A stretch of DNA of 64,000 nt, taken from contig JAVEZQ010000004.1 in assembly GCA_034002905.1 (NCBI GenBank), positions 4,175 to 68,174 of the forward strand, read 5' to 3'. The DNA is from Alphaproteobacteria bacterium. Its GTDB lineage: Bacteria > Pseudomonadota > Alphaproteobacteria > UBA9219. Positions 1 through 9,256 of this stretch are shown one piece after another. Below the pieces are notes generated by a model that had not been told where the DNA came from, searched no databases, and worked only from the letters and a program-made list of their open reading frames with translations. The translations under genes and the position numbers were made by a program. Each line of letters starts with the position of its first letter. Position 1 is the first letter of the stretch.

Positions 1-1432
1 AAAGAACATCTCCCCCGTTGAAGTGACTGAAGACTATATCGCTGCCGCCCAGCGCGGACAGGAGGCCACCAACGCCTTTATCCTGACAACCTTCGATCAG
101 GCTCGCGAGGCCGCGCGGCAATCCGAGGCACGGTACGCGGCCGGAACCGCTAGGACGATGGATGGACTCCCCATCGCGATGAAGGATCTTTATTGCACCA
201 AAGGCATCCAAACAACGGCGGCTAGCCGTATTTTGGAAGGCTTTGTTCCGCAATACGAATCCACCGTGTCCCAGAAGCTGGCCGATGCCGGTTGTATCAC
301 GCTCGGAAAAGCAAACCTTGACGAGTTTGCCATGGGCTCTGGCAATATCACCTCGGCTTATGGCAACGTCATCAGCCCATGGTCGGGAAAAGATCCCGCC
401 AACGCCGCGCGCAAATTGATCCCCGGCGGGTCCTCGGGCGGAACAGCGGCGGCCGTTGCGGGACGTTTTGCTGTTGCTGGAACGGGAACAGATACAGGTG
501 GTTCCATACGCTTTCCTGCCGCAATCACAGGCATCGTGGGGATCAAGCCCACCTATGGGCGCTGCTCGCGCTATGGCATTATCGCCTATGCCTCCTCGCT
601 TGATCAAGCAGGGCCGATGACACGCTCCGTTGGGGACGCCGCGTTGATGTTGCGAGAAATGGCGGGATATGATCCGAAGGACTCCACTTCGGTTAACACG
701 CCGGTTCCCGATTATATGGAAGCGCTCGGTAAATCTGTTAAAGGCCTGCGCGTTGGCTTACCACGTGAGTATCGTCTGGACGGAATGCCCGCCGAGACGA
801 TCGGCGTCTGGGACAAGGGTGCACAAATGCTGCGCGATGCAGGTGCGGAAGTAGTTGATATTTCTCTGCCCCATACCAAATATGCTTTGCCGACCTATTA
901 CATTATTGCGCCTGCCGAGGCTTCTTCGAACCTTGCGCGTTATGACGGCGTGCGCTTTGGCCAGCGCAAAGAAGGCATCGATCTCGCCGACATGTATGAA
1001 AAGACACGCGGCGCCGGATTTGGGGCCGAAGTTCGTCGTCGTATCCTGATGGGAACCTATGTGCTCTCGGCCGGATACTACGATGCTTATTACCGCAAAG
1101 CCCAGCGCGTTCGCCGCTTGATCCGCGAAGACTTCATCAAAGCTTTTAACGTCTGCGACGTCATCCTGACCCCGCCGGCAACATCGACAGCCTTTGGCAT
1201 TGGCGAAAACAATAACGACCCGATCCAGATGTATCTAACAGACGTCTTTACCGTAACACTGAACCTTGCGGGCTTGCCGGGCATTGTGGTGCCGATGCAG
1301 CTTTGTGCCGACGGCCTTCCCATGGGACTGCAGCTTATTGGCAAACCTTTTGACGAAATGACTCTATTTACGGCCGCCTCGGCCTTGGAAAAAGAAGCTG
1401 GTTTTAACGCCGTCCCACCCTTTGTTGGATAA
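1..1432 (+). CDS. gatA: Glutamyl-tRNA(Gln) amidotransferase subunit A (amidase family), 5'-truncated by window edge
   Basis: ORF 23..1432 continues in frame to base 2 ([12 protein letters not shown]...). Amidase signature GGSSGG plus a Ser-cis-Ser-Lys triad context. Full-length similarity to GatA. Confidence 0.85.
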   Translation, partial: KNISPVEVTEDYIAAAQRGQEATNAFILTTFDQAREAARQSEARYAAGTARTMDGLPIAMKDLYCTKGIQTTAASRILEGFVPQYESTVSQKLADAGCITLGKANLDEFAMGSGNITSAYGNVISPWSGKDPANAARKLIPGGSSGGTAAAVAGRFAVAGTGTDTGGSIRFPAAITGIVGIKPTYGRCSRYGIIAYASSLDQAGPMTRSVGDAALMLREMAGYDPKDSTSVNTPVPDYMEALGKSVKGLRVGLPREYRLDGMPAETIGVWDKGAQMLRDAGAEVVDISLPHTKYALPTYYIIAPAEASSNLARYDGVRFGQRKEGIDLADMYEKTRGAGFGAEVRRRILMGTYVLSAGYYDAYYRKAQRVRRLIREDFIKAFNVCDVILTPPATSTAFGIGENNNDPIQMYLTDVFTVTLNLAGLPGIVVPMQLCADGLPMGLQLIGKPFDEMTLFTAASALEKEAGFNAVPPFVG

Positions 1433-1494
1433 AACTTTTTCCTCTTGACGCTTTGATCTCAAAAGGGGAATAAAGGATCGGTTATCACACCTTT

Positions 1495-1568
1495 GCGGGT
1501 GTAGCTCAATGGTAGAGCAGGAGCTTCCCAAGCTCACGACGAGGGTTCGATTCCCTTCACCCGCTCCA
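1495..1568 (+). tRNA. tRNA-Gly (anticodon CCC)
   Basis: GCGGGTGTAGCTCAATGGTAGAGCA...TTCGATTCCCTTCACCCGCTCCA: cloverleaf with anticodon loop TTCCCAA and CCA end. A genomic island integrase follows immediately downstream. Confidence 0.85.
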
Positions 1569-1679
1569 TCTTCTGATTTCAGAAAATCCCAAGACTTCCA
1601 AAAACTCTTGAAAAACGAAGCAAAAGCGCGGCATTATCATCCCATGCCGTCCGAAGACGCTTTCCTGCATCCCGCCCAA

Positions 1680-1732
1680 TTGGGGGCATAAGTGGGGGCA
1701 GAACCTCTGGGGGCATAGAAAAGATGCCCCCA
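1680..1732. repeat. Cluster of TGGGGGCA(T) motifs (3 direct, 1 inverted) just upstream of the int start; putative integrase arm-type sites
   Basis: TGGGGGCAT at 1681-1689 and 1708-1716, TGGGGGCAg at 1693-1701, inverted ATGCCCCCA at 1724-1732 (2 nt before int ATG 1734). The 22-mer TTGGGGGCATAAgTGGGGGCAg recurs at 13698-13719. Confidence 0.6.
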
Positions 1733-1733
1733 C

Positions 1734-2975
1734 ATGCGCCTGACAAACACCGCTTGCAAGAACGCCCAGCCCAAAGAGAGGGCTTATAAGCTTGCCGATG
1801 GCGGCGGCCTCTATCTTGAAGTCATGCCAAATGGGAGCCGTTACTGGCGTCTCAAATATCGCTTCGTGGGCAAAGAAAAACGCCTAGCCCTGGGCGTCTA
1901 TCCCGAAGTCACTTTGGCAGAAGCCCGTGAAAAGCGCGATGCCGCCCGAAAACTCCTGTCCCAAGACATAGACCCGGGCCAAGCTAAACAGGAGCGGAAA
2001 CGCCAAGCAGCCATTAATGCGTAGAACACTTTTGAGGCCATAGGCAGAGAATGGCATGAGCATCAAAACGCGCGGTGGTCAAAAGGCCATGCCAAGGACA
2101 TTTTGCATCGGCTCGAAATGGATGTTTTTCCCGAACTAGGGAACAGACCTGTTGCGGACATAGCCGCCCCAGACGTTCTGGCGCTGGTTCGCAAGGTCGA
2201 GAAGCGTGGCGCACATGAGATGGCGCGTCGAGCCGTACAGTATTGCAGCCAGATTTTCCGTTATGCCATCGTGACCGGGCGAACCGACCGCGATCCGGCA
2301 GCCGATCTTCGTGGCGCGTTGAAGCCCTATGTGAAGGGACACTACGCCGCGATAGATGCGGATGAGCTTCCGGCCTTCCTTCTCGCACTTCAAAACAACA
2401 ATGCCAGACTTTTCCTTCAAACTCGGCTTGCTGTTCACCTGATGATGCTGACGTTTGTCCGAACGGGTGAACTGCGTCAGGCTCAATGGGAAGAGTTCGA
2501 TTTGGATGGACGGCAATGGACTGTCCCAAGGCTTCACACGAAGATGAAACGCACGGAACATATTGTCCCCCTTTCCAAACAAGCTGTCTCCATTTTGCGC
2601 GAGATGCACAAACTCACGGGGCAATGGGATTTGGTTTTTCCAAACCAAGTTCACCCTAAAAAACCGATGAGCGAAAACACGCTTTTGAGTGCTCTCCAAC
2701 GGCTTGGCTACAAAGGGAAGATGACGGGGCATGGGTTTCGCGCCCTTGCCATGTCCACGATCAAGGAAAAGCTTGGCTATCGTCACGAGGTTGTTGATCG
2801 CCAGCTTGATCACGCACAACGAAACAAAATAGACGCCGCCTATGATCGCGCCAAGTTTCTCGACGAACGCAAAAAGATGATGCAGGAATGGGCGGATTAT
2901 TTGGATCAGGTTGCGGCGCAAAAAACAAGCGACCAAGAAACATCATCACCTCAAAAAGCACAGAGGACGTCATGA
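1734..2975 (+). pseudogene. int: P4-type tyrosine integrase interrupted by one in-frame amber (TAG) codon at 2022-2024
   Basis: ORFs 1734..2024 (N-terminal arm-binding/DUF4102-like: LYLEVMPNGSRYWRLKYRF) and 2103..2975 (catalytic core) are in the same frame. Translation is continuous across the TAG (...AAINA*NTFEAIGREWHEHQNARW...). The combined 413 codons is typical P4 integrase size. Confidence 0.7.
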
Positions 2976-3805
2976 CGCAAACCAAAAGCAGATTATATAA
3001 ACTGAAAGATTGGTATTCGCTTCAAGATGCCGCCAAGAGGGTTTCCGTGACCTTTGGTGAAGAAATAACTGAGAATGATCTTCTGCAACTCGTCGTCGAA
3101 AACACTGTCCGTCTGTCATGGTACATCCGGGGGCGGCCAGCAAGGCGGCTTGCTTCGACGGAAGAAACGTCCCCACATCCCGCTCAAGAGACTATCTCTG
3201 AACTTGAGGGACCGCATCATTTTGAAACGAAAGAATCCAGCCATACGCGAGATTGGATTATGTCCCTCATTACGGATAAAAGAGGATCGCTTCAATCTTC
3301 CGTTTACTGGGGCGGGCTGACTGTCTGGGACAAAGAAGGGTCCCAGTGGGAGGTCGTTCGTCGGGTTACAGATGAAGAAAAGAGCGACAAAGTAAAAAGT
3401 TTTGCGGATTTTGAGGCCAGCGTGACTGTCGCTGACGACGACCCCATAAAAACGCGCTGGCTGTCCGATTACATCAAAGAGACAACATGGCCGGATCGTT
3501 CTGAGCTTGGCTTCCAGCGTGTAGATTTAGAGGAGCTGGAAAACGGTGGAAAAGAATGTCCTGCATTGCTGGGGGCTCGAGCAGAAACAACATACCTCAA
3601 CATCATCGGAACGATGCTTGCTCTGCTTTTGGGAAGGACACCTAACGGCAAGAAACCTGCCCCCTACGGTAACGAAACGGCAGTAATTGCCAAGCTATTA
3701 GAAGATTTTCCACAAGAACAAGGCCTATCAAAAAGAACGCTTGAGGATAAGTTTGCGCGTGCGAAAGGGGGGCTAAACAACAACGTTTTTGCGCAGTTGC
3801 GGTAA
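2972..3805 (+). CDS. hypothetical protein (island cargo)
   Basis: ATG overlaps the int stop (ATGA at 2972-2975). 277 aa acidic protein with no recognisable motif. ORF 2888..3805 trimmed to this start. Confidence 0.5.
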   Translation: MTQTKSRLYKLKDWYSLQDAAKRVSVTFGEEITENDLLQLVVENTVRLSWYIRGRPARRLASTEETSPHPAQETISELEGPHHFETKESSHTRDWIMSLITDKRGSLQSSVYWGGLTVWDKEGSQWEVVRRVTDEEKSDKVKSFADFEASVTVADDDPIKTRWLSDYIKETTWPDRSELGFQRVDLEELENGGKECPALLGARAETTYLNIIGTMLALLLGRTPNGKKPAPYGNETAVIAKLLEDFPQEQGLSKRTLEDKFARAKGGLNNNVFAQLR

Positions 3806-3885
3806 AACCTCCCGCACTTGCGGTGAAGCATAGTTCGCCGTTCTATACATGGGACATATCTTGAAACAACCTAGAGGGTTCAGAT

Positions 3886-4101
3886 ATGTCTCAAACAATC
3901 ACCGACGAAAAAATCATCCGCTTGCGCGAGGTTCTTGATCGCACGGGGCTAAGCCGAAGCATGGCCTATGCCCTGATTGAACAGGGTCAGTTCCCGCGCC
4001 CCATAAGCCTTGGGGCAAGGGCCGTGGGATGGTTTTCTTCACAGGTTGATGCTTGGATTGCAAGTCGCGTCCCGACGGCGCGACACGCTTCCAATGTCTG
4101 A
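3886..4101 (+). CDS. alpA: AlpA-family phage/island transcriptional regulator (excisionase-like HTH)
   Basis: 71 aa. IRLREVLDRTGLSRSMAYALIEQGQFPRPISLGARAVGWFSSQVDAWI matches the AlpA/MerR-like HTH pattern. GAGGG SD lies 8 nt upstream. Confidence 0.8.
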   Translation: MSQTITDEKIIRLREVLDRTGLSRSMAYALIEQGQFPRPISLGARAVGWFSSQVDAWIASRVPTARHASNV

Positions 4102-4113
4102 GAGAAGCAGTCA

Positions 4114-5139
4114 ATGGCTGTTTCCTCCTCGCCAGCGTTGTACCCCAAGGCTCAAGGCCCATTCGGACGGCTTGCTCCAAGTTATTTTGATATGGGGCTT
4201 CCCGTCATTCCCTGCATGGGTAAAGACGGCAAGGTCCCGCTGGTCAAGTGGAAAGAGTATCAGGATCATTTACCTTCCAAGGATGATTTTCGTGATCTAT
4301 TGCTTCGCTTTCCTGACGCGAACATCGGACTGATAACAGGAAAGTTATCGAAGATTACGGTTGTCGATGTTGATGACCCCGCTCGTTCTTTAGCTGGTCT
4401 TTACGAGGAGTTTGGTGAAACCCCTGTGGTCACATCTACTCCGCGTGGAGGGAAGCATCTTTATTATAGGTATCTTGACGAGAAGAACCGCGTCTCCGCC
4501 AAAAAGAAAATAGATGTGCGCGGCGAAGGGGGTTACGTCATTGCTCCACCGTCGATCAATCTTGAAAAGAACAAAGGATATATTTTCCTTGAGGGCGACA
4601 TCTCGTTCCTAGACAGCCTCCCATATATAAAAGGTTCTGCCCCAGCTCCCTGCGATCAACTCGCAAAGCCCGGGGAGCGGAATGTCTCCCTTTTTAGTTA
4701 TCTTATCAAGGTTGCGTCCAACGGCGCTGCCGAAGAAGGGCTAATCACGGCAGCATTAGTATACAACGCCAAGCACTGTTACCCCGCTCTTTCCGAAAAT
4801 GAGGTATTGAAAACCGTCAACAGCGTCCGCACCTATCAAAGCAGGGGGAGGCTCTTTACCTTGGGCAAACAAAAAATCGTTCTGCCGCCCACAGACAGAA
4901 TAAAACCGATCATGTTTCAAGAGCCTCATGCACTGTCCCTTTTGGCGGACTTGATTGCCTGTCACTGGGACAGGAAAGAATTTGCTATCAGCCCCAAGGC
5001 TTATGCCATCCGTTCTGGTTGGGATAGCAATACCGTAAGGCAAGCCATAGCGGTTTTAATCAAAAACAAATTGATTGAGCTTGTCCACAAGGGCGGAAGT
5101 AGGCCCGGAGACCCAAACTTATATCGTCTCTTGACTTAG
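4114..5139 (+). CDS. Bifunctional DNA primase/polymerase (Prim-Pol, archaeo-eukaryotic primase fold) with PriCT-like C-terminus
   Basis: AEP motifs present: VVDVDD (motif I), GGKHLYYRY (motif II), DVRGEGGYVIAPPS (motif III). Typical partner of integrase and AlpA in P4-like islands. Confidence 0.75.
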   Translation: MAVSSSPALYPKAQGPFGRLAPSYFDMGLPVIPCMGKDGKVPLVKWKEYQDHLPSKDDFRDLLLRFPDANIGLITGKLSKITVVDVDDPARSLAGLYEEFGETPVVTSTPRGGKHLYYRYLDEKNRVSAKKKIDVRGEGGYVIAPPSINLEKNKGYIFLEGDISFLDSLPYIKGSAPAPCDQLAKPGERNVSLFSYLIKVASNGAAEEGLITAALVYNAKHCYPALSENEVLKTVNSVRTYQSRGRLFTLGKQKIVLPPTDRIKPIMFQEPHALSLLADLIACHWDRKEFAISPKAYAIRSGWDSNTVRQAIAVLIKNKLIELVHKGGSRPGDPNLYRLLT

Positions 5140-5322
5140 CCTTTGGCATGGGTTGAAAAAAACTACCCTATATAATTGACACGGCTTTTTTGTGGATTAG
5201 GAAGAGCTGTTTCTTCACAAAGAAGAGGGGGTGTCGGGGCACCCTTGGCTTTTGGTTTATCACGCTTCGGCAACAACAGTGGTGCAAGTGTTATATTGAT
5301 TTGCCGTGGAAAAAGCCCAAAC

Positions 5323-6321
5323 CTACACACCAAGCGTCATCTTTCCATCGACCAATGAAAAGGCAGGGATACTAGGGCGTAACGCCGGAAGCATGAGGTC
5401 AAGTTCTGTTTTTACAAGTTGTAATGCCATCAAGCCAAACTCTTCAATTTTTTGCTGTCTGGCTGCTTGGTTTGCCAAGGGTGTTGCTGTGTGCGATTTC
5501 TTTGGCTTGGCGTGTGTGCTTGCGAACATGAGCTGGCGGTCGTTTTTGTAGCACTCTTTGCTTTCAAGGTAATACTGATAGGTTTCGATGGGGCGAGACA
5601 AAACTTCATGCGCTGCGAGTTTGATCCCTTCGCGTATCTTCTTTGGGTTCACACCAGCCAAGGCGTCATGAAGGGCCATGCGTTGTTCGCCCAAGCAAAT
5701 GATTTTTTGAGCACGCAGCCAATTACTCGGCGTATATGCTTTTTCAACCCGAGCGAACGGGATCAAATTAACAAACTCTATCGGCTTTTTGCGCGGGATA
5801 AAAAGATTTCGGATCGTGTCTTCAATCGGCGGCATGAAAGCGCACTTGTGATCTGGATTGATCGCATGGGGCACTTCAAGCATGTAGTACACGCCGCTGG
5901 TTGACGCGCCACACACGGTTGTTGAAACATATCCCCACGACGCCAAAGCAAAATAACGGGAAGCCTGTTGCCACGGCGCAAGGGCTTGTGCGACGCGCTC
6001 ACTATCGTTGATGTCTGGATTTACCCGGAAATAATCAAAGGTTCCCTTGCCCGAAATTGTTGCGCTGCCTACGCCCTTAAAGTTGATCAGATATTTCCCG
6101 ACAAGCGTGTCGTCTATCACAACGGCCCCAAGCTGACGTCGACGCATTAAGGCGCGACCGTGATTGTCCACGACTATTCCGAGGATAGCGTCACGGATGG
6201 ATTTAAGGGGACCGGAATAAAGATGGGTATGGCCGTTATGTGCGAAGGCCGGATGCTTCGGGTCAAGCACCATCTCATCAATTACATGGATCAGGTCGTC
6301 AGCTTTAAGCCAATCACTCAT
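5323..6321 (-). CDS. hypothetical protein, 332 aa (island cargo; distal gene of a two-gene minus-strand module)
   Basis: Long ORF with AAGGGAAA SD-like sequence upstream. No confident family assignment. Contains HNGHTHLYSG, loosely reminiscent of AEP motif II (speculative). Confidence 0.5.
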   Translation of the reverse strand: MSDWLKADDLIHVIDEMVLDPKHPAFAHNGHTHLYSGPLKSIRDAILGIVVDNHGRALMRRRQLGAVVIDDTLVGKYLINFKGVGSATISGKGTFDYFRVNPDINDSERVAQALAPWQQASRYFALASWGYVSTTVCGASTSGVYYMLEVPHAINPDHKCAFMPPIEDTIRNLFIPRKKPIEFVNLIPFARVEKAYTPSNWLRAQKIICLGEQRMALHDALAGVNPKKIREGIKLAAHEVLSRPIETYQYYLESKECYKNDRQLMFASTHAKPKKSHTATPLANQAARQQKIEEFGLMALQLVKTELDLMLPALRPSIPAFSLVDGKMTLGV

Positions 6322-6350
6322 GTTCGTTTCCCTTGATAAAAAAGAAACGA

Positions 6351-6806
6351 TTAAATGAGCGAAAGAGAGGCAAGAACGGTGGGGGCCTTCTTACCATAAA
6401 AAGATTTGACCAGAAGCGCTTGGACACCACGATCTGCCGTTTTTCCCTTAGGGCCAAGCAGTCGAGGGGGGCAAACATCTTCGCCTTGCGTGAGTTCAGG
6501 GAGCGGAGCCGTAAGTAGCTGTGCTCTTTCGACCTCAAGCCGACCCGTTCCCTCTTCAATGGCCGTGTAAAAGAGACGTCCGTCAGGCACGCGGTGGACA
6601 ACGCCTTCGGGCAAATTGTCCCCGTACTCGCGTATCCATGCGATCCTTACGGCGCTTTGTTCTGCGCTATTAGGGCGTACAGGTTCAATCACTCTTAGAC
6701 GGCTCCAAAGCTTCCCAAGATCAACCGTGGGAAGAAAATCAATAATGCGGTGTAACGCGACTGACGTAATCATATGTCCTCCCAAAAAGTTATACAAATC
6801 TTTCAT
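6351..6806 (-). CDS. hypothetical protein, 140-151 aa (proximal gene of the two-gene module)
   Basis: ORF 6351..6806. An alternative start at Met 6773 is preceded by GGGAGGA. Lies 30 bp upstream of the 332-aa ORF on the same strand. Confidence 0.45.
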   Translation of the reverse strand: MKDLYNFLGGHMITSVALHRIIDFLPTVDLGKLWSRLRVIEPVRPNSAEQSAVRIAWIREYGDNLPEGVVHRVPDGRLFYTAIEEGTGRLEVERAQLLTAPLPELTQGEDVCPPRLLGPKGKTADRGVQALLVKSFYGKKAPTVLASLSLI

Positions 6807-7021
6807 AATTCATTAACTATTTTGCCCGTGGCCGGCGCATCAAATCTTGAGTGGTATAATAACCCGAAAACGGCGAAAGTAATAGAAAAATGCAAACATA
6901 TCAAATACTTAACAGACCGTTAACGGCATTCGGCGCATCGACAAAAAGTCATTAGAAGTTAATGGGTTAAAGAGCGCACACCCTTTGTGCATGAAGTCCG
7001 GCCCGGGCAGAACTTTATGAT

Positions 7022-7567
7022 TTAAGCGGTTAAACGATTTTTCGCACCTGCCCACCAAATCAGTTCGGCTTTACCTTCGCTCATGGCAACGAAAGAGGTC
7101 AACGCCGTCGTTAATGAGCTGACCCGTTCCGCTGGTGCAAGAAAGAAAAACAGGATGTTCGGAGCCACCCTTGCCCGTAGCACAGGAAGCTCACAGGAAT
7201 AGCCAGCGCCATCATAAAGAACTCGCCTGACCTTCTGCGCCCGAGCTTCCGGCTGGCATTGTCGGGCGAATTGGATGGCCACCACAATCTTTCCGGCCTC
7301 ATGGTACGCGATGGCTTCTTCGTAAAGCGCATATTTGGGAAGGGTTCTGGGCTTCGCGGACCTGGCCTCAAACCCATTGTCAGGGCCAAGAAACACGGGG
7401 TCGACGCGATCAAGCTGTTTGCTGCCTCTTCCGCGCAAAGCATCACGGGATATGGCGGGGATGGTTTCCTCAAAATACAAAGCGTTATCAGCCAATAAGC
7501 CGTATGTTGGAACAGAGCGAAGGACGCGCTTGGCTTCGTTGTTAATAACCTTATTCCGGTTGAACAA
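7022..7567 (-). CDS. hypothetical ORF, possibly a gene remnant (TTG start only, stop immediately upstream)
   Basis: 181 codons. No ATG or GTG start and no SD. No recognisable domain. Confidence 0.25.
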   Translation of the reverse strand: MFNRNKVINNEAKRVLRSVPTYGLLADNALYFEETIPAISRDALRGRGSKQLDRVDPVFLGPDNGFEARSAKPRTLPKYALYEEAIAYHEAGKIVVAIQFARQCQPEARAQKVRRVLYDGAGYSCELPVLRARVAPNILFFFLAPAERVSSLTTALTSFVAMSEGKAELIWWAGAKNRLTA

Positions 7568-7775
7568 CTCGATATCCCACCGCTCCTAAACGCCGCCTTT
7601 CAGATGATGCCGCTTCTGCCCATCATTGTTTGAGAGGTGATCGATCGAGGGAGCCGCTAGATACCAATTAACCCCAATACGGACGCCCAACTGACGATGC
7701 AGGTGACACAGGAGCGCGTATTTCACACAATCGTGGCTGTCGCCGAGATACTTCTCCTACCTCACCCCGCCTGTT

Positions 7776-8258
7776 CTATGGCCGTTGTGAAACCAAGGGT
7801 AAGGAACAGCGGCCTCCACGGCAAGCCCGTTTCTTCCTTTCTTCGATCCTATTAATCCGCACACAGGCCCTGCCGCAATGAAGGGTCAGGACAGCGTCGT
7901 CATAAGTCAGGGTGATCAGAGCTTCCGGCGCGAAGGTAGCCACCACCCGAACAAGCAGGACGCCATCCACGATGATTTCTTCTGGCCATACGGCGGGAGT
8001 AGAAAGCGGGACTGTGATCTGAAATGTCCCACACCGCGCCTCACTGACACGAAGCGCCTGTATGAACCGATCATAGGTCAAAGCCACAGGGCGCGGCCTG
8101 TGTGTTCTTGTCTTGCGTTTGGGCAAGGCCGGGCGTGTAGCCTCGGCCAAGGCTCCGGCGGATATAATCATGGGGGGTGCGGTCACTTGCATTCTGTCTG
8201 GACTGGCATTTTCCTTGCCTTCGCCACTAAAGGTAAAGCGTTGCCCAAGGCAGATCAA
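7776..8258 (-). CDS. hypothetical ORF, possibly a gene remnant
   Basis: 160 codons. No family recognised. Flanked by about 200 bp of non-coding sequence on each side. Confidence 0.25.
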   Translation of the reverse strand: MICLGQRFTFSGEGKENASPDRMQVTAPPMIISAGALAEATRPALPKRKTRTHRPRPVALTYDRFIQALRVSEARCGTFQITVPLSTPAVWPEEIIVDGVLLVRVVATFAPEALITLTYDDAVLTLHCGRACVRINRIEERKKRACRGGRCSLPLVSQRP

Positions 8259-8353
8259 GGCAAATAAACAACGTTTTAGTCCTGGGTATTCCCATTTATT
8301 GCGAGACGTTCTATGGTTCCAATGTTACGTTTTGAATGGGGAGAAGAAGTCAA

Positions 8354-9256
8354 ATGGCCGTTATTTCCATGAACCGAACAAGCGAGCTGGTTCACAAACT
8401 CTTTTTCATCCTTATTCAAGAGCCGGAGGGGCTGAAAGCCCGCGTTGCTCTTGAACGGCTGGCCTCATCCGTGACACTTACGGAACATGAAGCTGGAATG
8501 TATCAGTCGGGAACGCGACGCTTTGAAAAGATTGTTCGTTTTGCGACGATTGATTGCGTTAAAGCCGGGTGGCTGATTAAGCAACGCGGGATGTGGCTTG
8601 TCTCGGATGACGGGGCAAGGGCGTTTAAAGAATACAAAGATCCGGAAACATTCTACCGCCAGGCTTGCCGCCTGTGCCGTGAGTGGAAGGCGCAGCAGGA
8701 AGGTAGCCAACCAGACTTATCTTGCCTGAATGAGCCCATCGAAGTTGAAGCTGCCGAGGAAAGCCGGAGCATCACCTTTGAACAAGCGGATGAGCAAGCG
8801 TGGACAGAGGTTGAGCGCTTCTTGAAAGGTATGAACCCCTATGAGTTTCAGGAAGTGGTTGCCGATCTTTTGCGGGCTATGGGGCAATATGTCGCGTGGG
8901 TTTCGCCGCCAGGCAAAGATGGTGGAATTGATATTCTTGCTTATCCTGATCCTCTTGGAACAAAATCACCGCGCTTAAAGGTTCAGGTTAAGCGACGCAG
9001 CGATCAGCGCGTGGACCTGGATGGCGTGAAGTCTTTTGCGGCAACCATCAATCACGATGATGCAGGCGTTTTCGTCTGCACCAGTGGATTTACAAAAGAC
9101 GCAGAAGAGTTTGTGCGCCGCGAACAGCGCCGCATCATGCTTATCGATCTGGATCGCTTTTTTGAGCTTTGGACACAGTTCTATGACAAGCTTGATGACC
9201 AAGCCCGCCGCCGTTTCCCGTTGACGCCGATCTATTTCCTGACGCCGGAGGGGTGA
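8354..9256 (+). CDS. mrr: Mrr-family type IV (modification-dependent) restriction endonuclease
   Basis: N-terminal winged-helix Mrr_N-like region and C-terminal Mrr_cat core (GKDGGIDILAY ... KVQVKRRS). Start chosen at Met 8354 (GGGGAGAAGAAG SD). ORF 8336..9256. Confidence 0.75.
   Translation: MAVISMNRTSELVHKLFFILIQEPEGLKARVALERLASSVTLTEHEAGMYQSGTRRFEKIVRFATIDCVKAGWLIKQRGMWLVSDDGARAFKEYKDPETFYRQACRLCREWKAQQEGSQPDLSCLNEPIEVEAAEESRSITFEQADEQAWTEVERFLKGMNPYEFQEVVADLLRAMGQYVAWVSPPGKDGGIDILAYPDPLGTKSPRLKVQVKRRSDQRVDLDGVKSFAATINHDDAGVFVCTSGFTKDAEEFVRREQRRIMLIDLDRFFELWTQFYDKLDDQARRRFPLTPIYFLTPEG

Noticed and set aside
1433-1494. Promoter for tRNA-Gly (TTGACG at 1445-1450)
   Set aside because: A -35-like hexamer is present, but no convincing -10 at the right spacing. 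Left unannotated.
1509-1691. 60-aa ORF overlapping tRNA-Gly
   Set aside because: Overlaps a high-confidence tRNA and the att-proximal spacer. Shadow ORF.
2136-2936. 266-aa antisense ORF inside the integrase gene
   Set aside because: Entirely antisense to a gene with clear homology. Typical GC-rich shadow ORF. Similar antisense ORFs inside leuS (46142-46888, 46885-47628), pepA (51253-51978), purM (58139-58714) and the permease or HerA-like gene (15396-15977) were rejected for the same reason.
7022-7567. Possibility that the 181-aa ORF is DarT (partner of the macro domain as a DarTG toxin-antitoxin)
   Set aside because: No recognisable DarT motifs, no proper start codon or SD, and the macro gene is 5.5 kb away and stand-alone (not fused to a DarG C-terminal domain).
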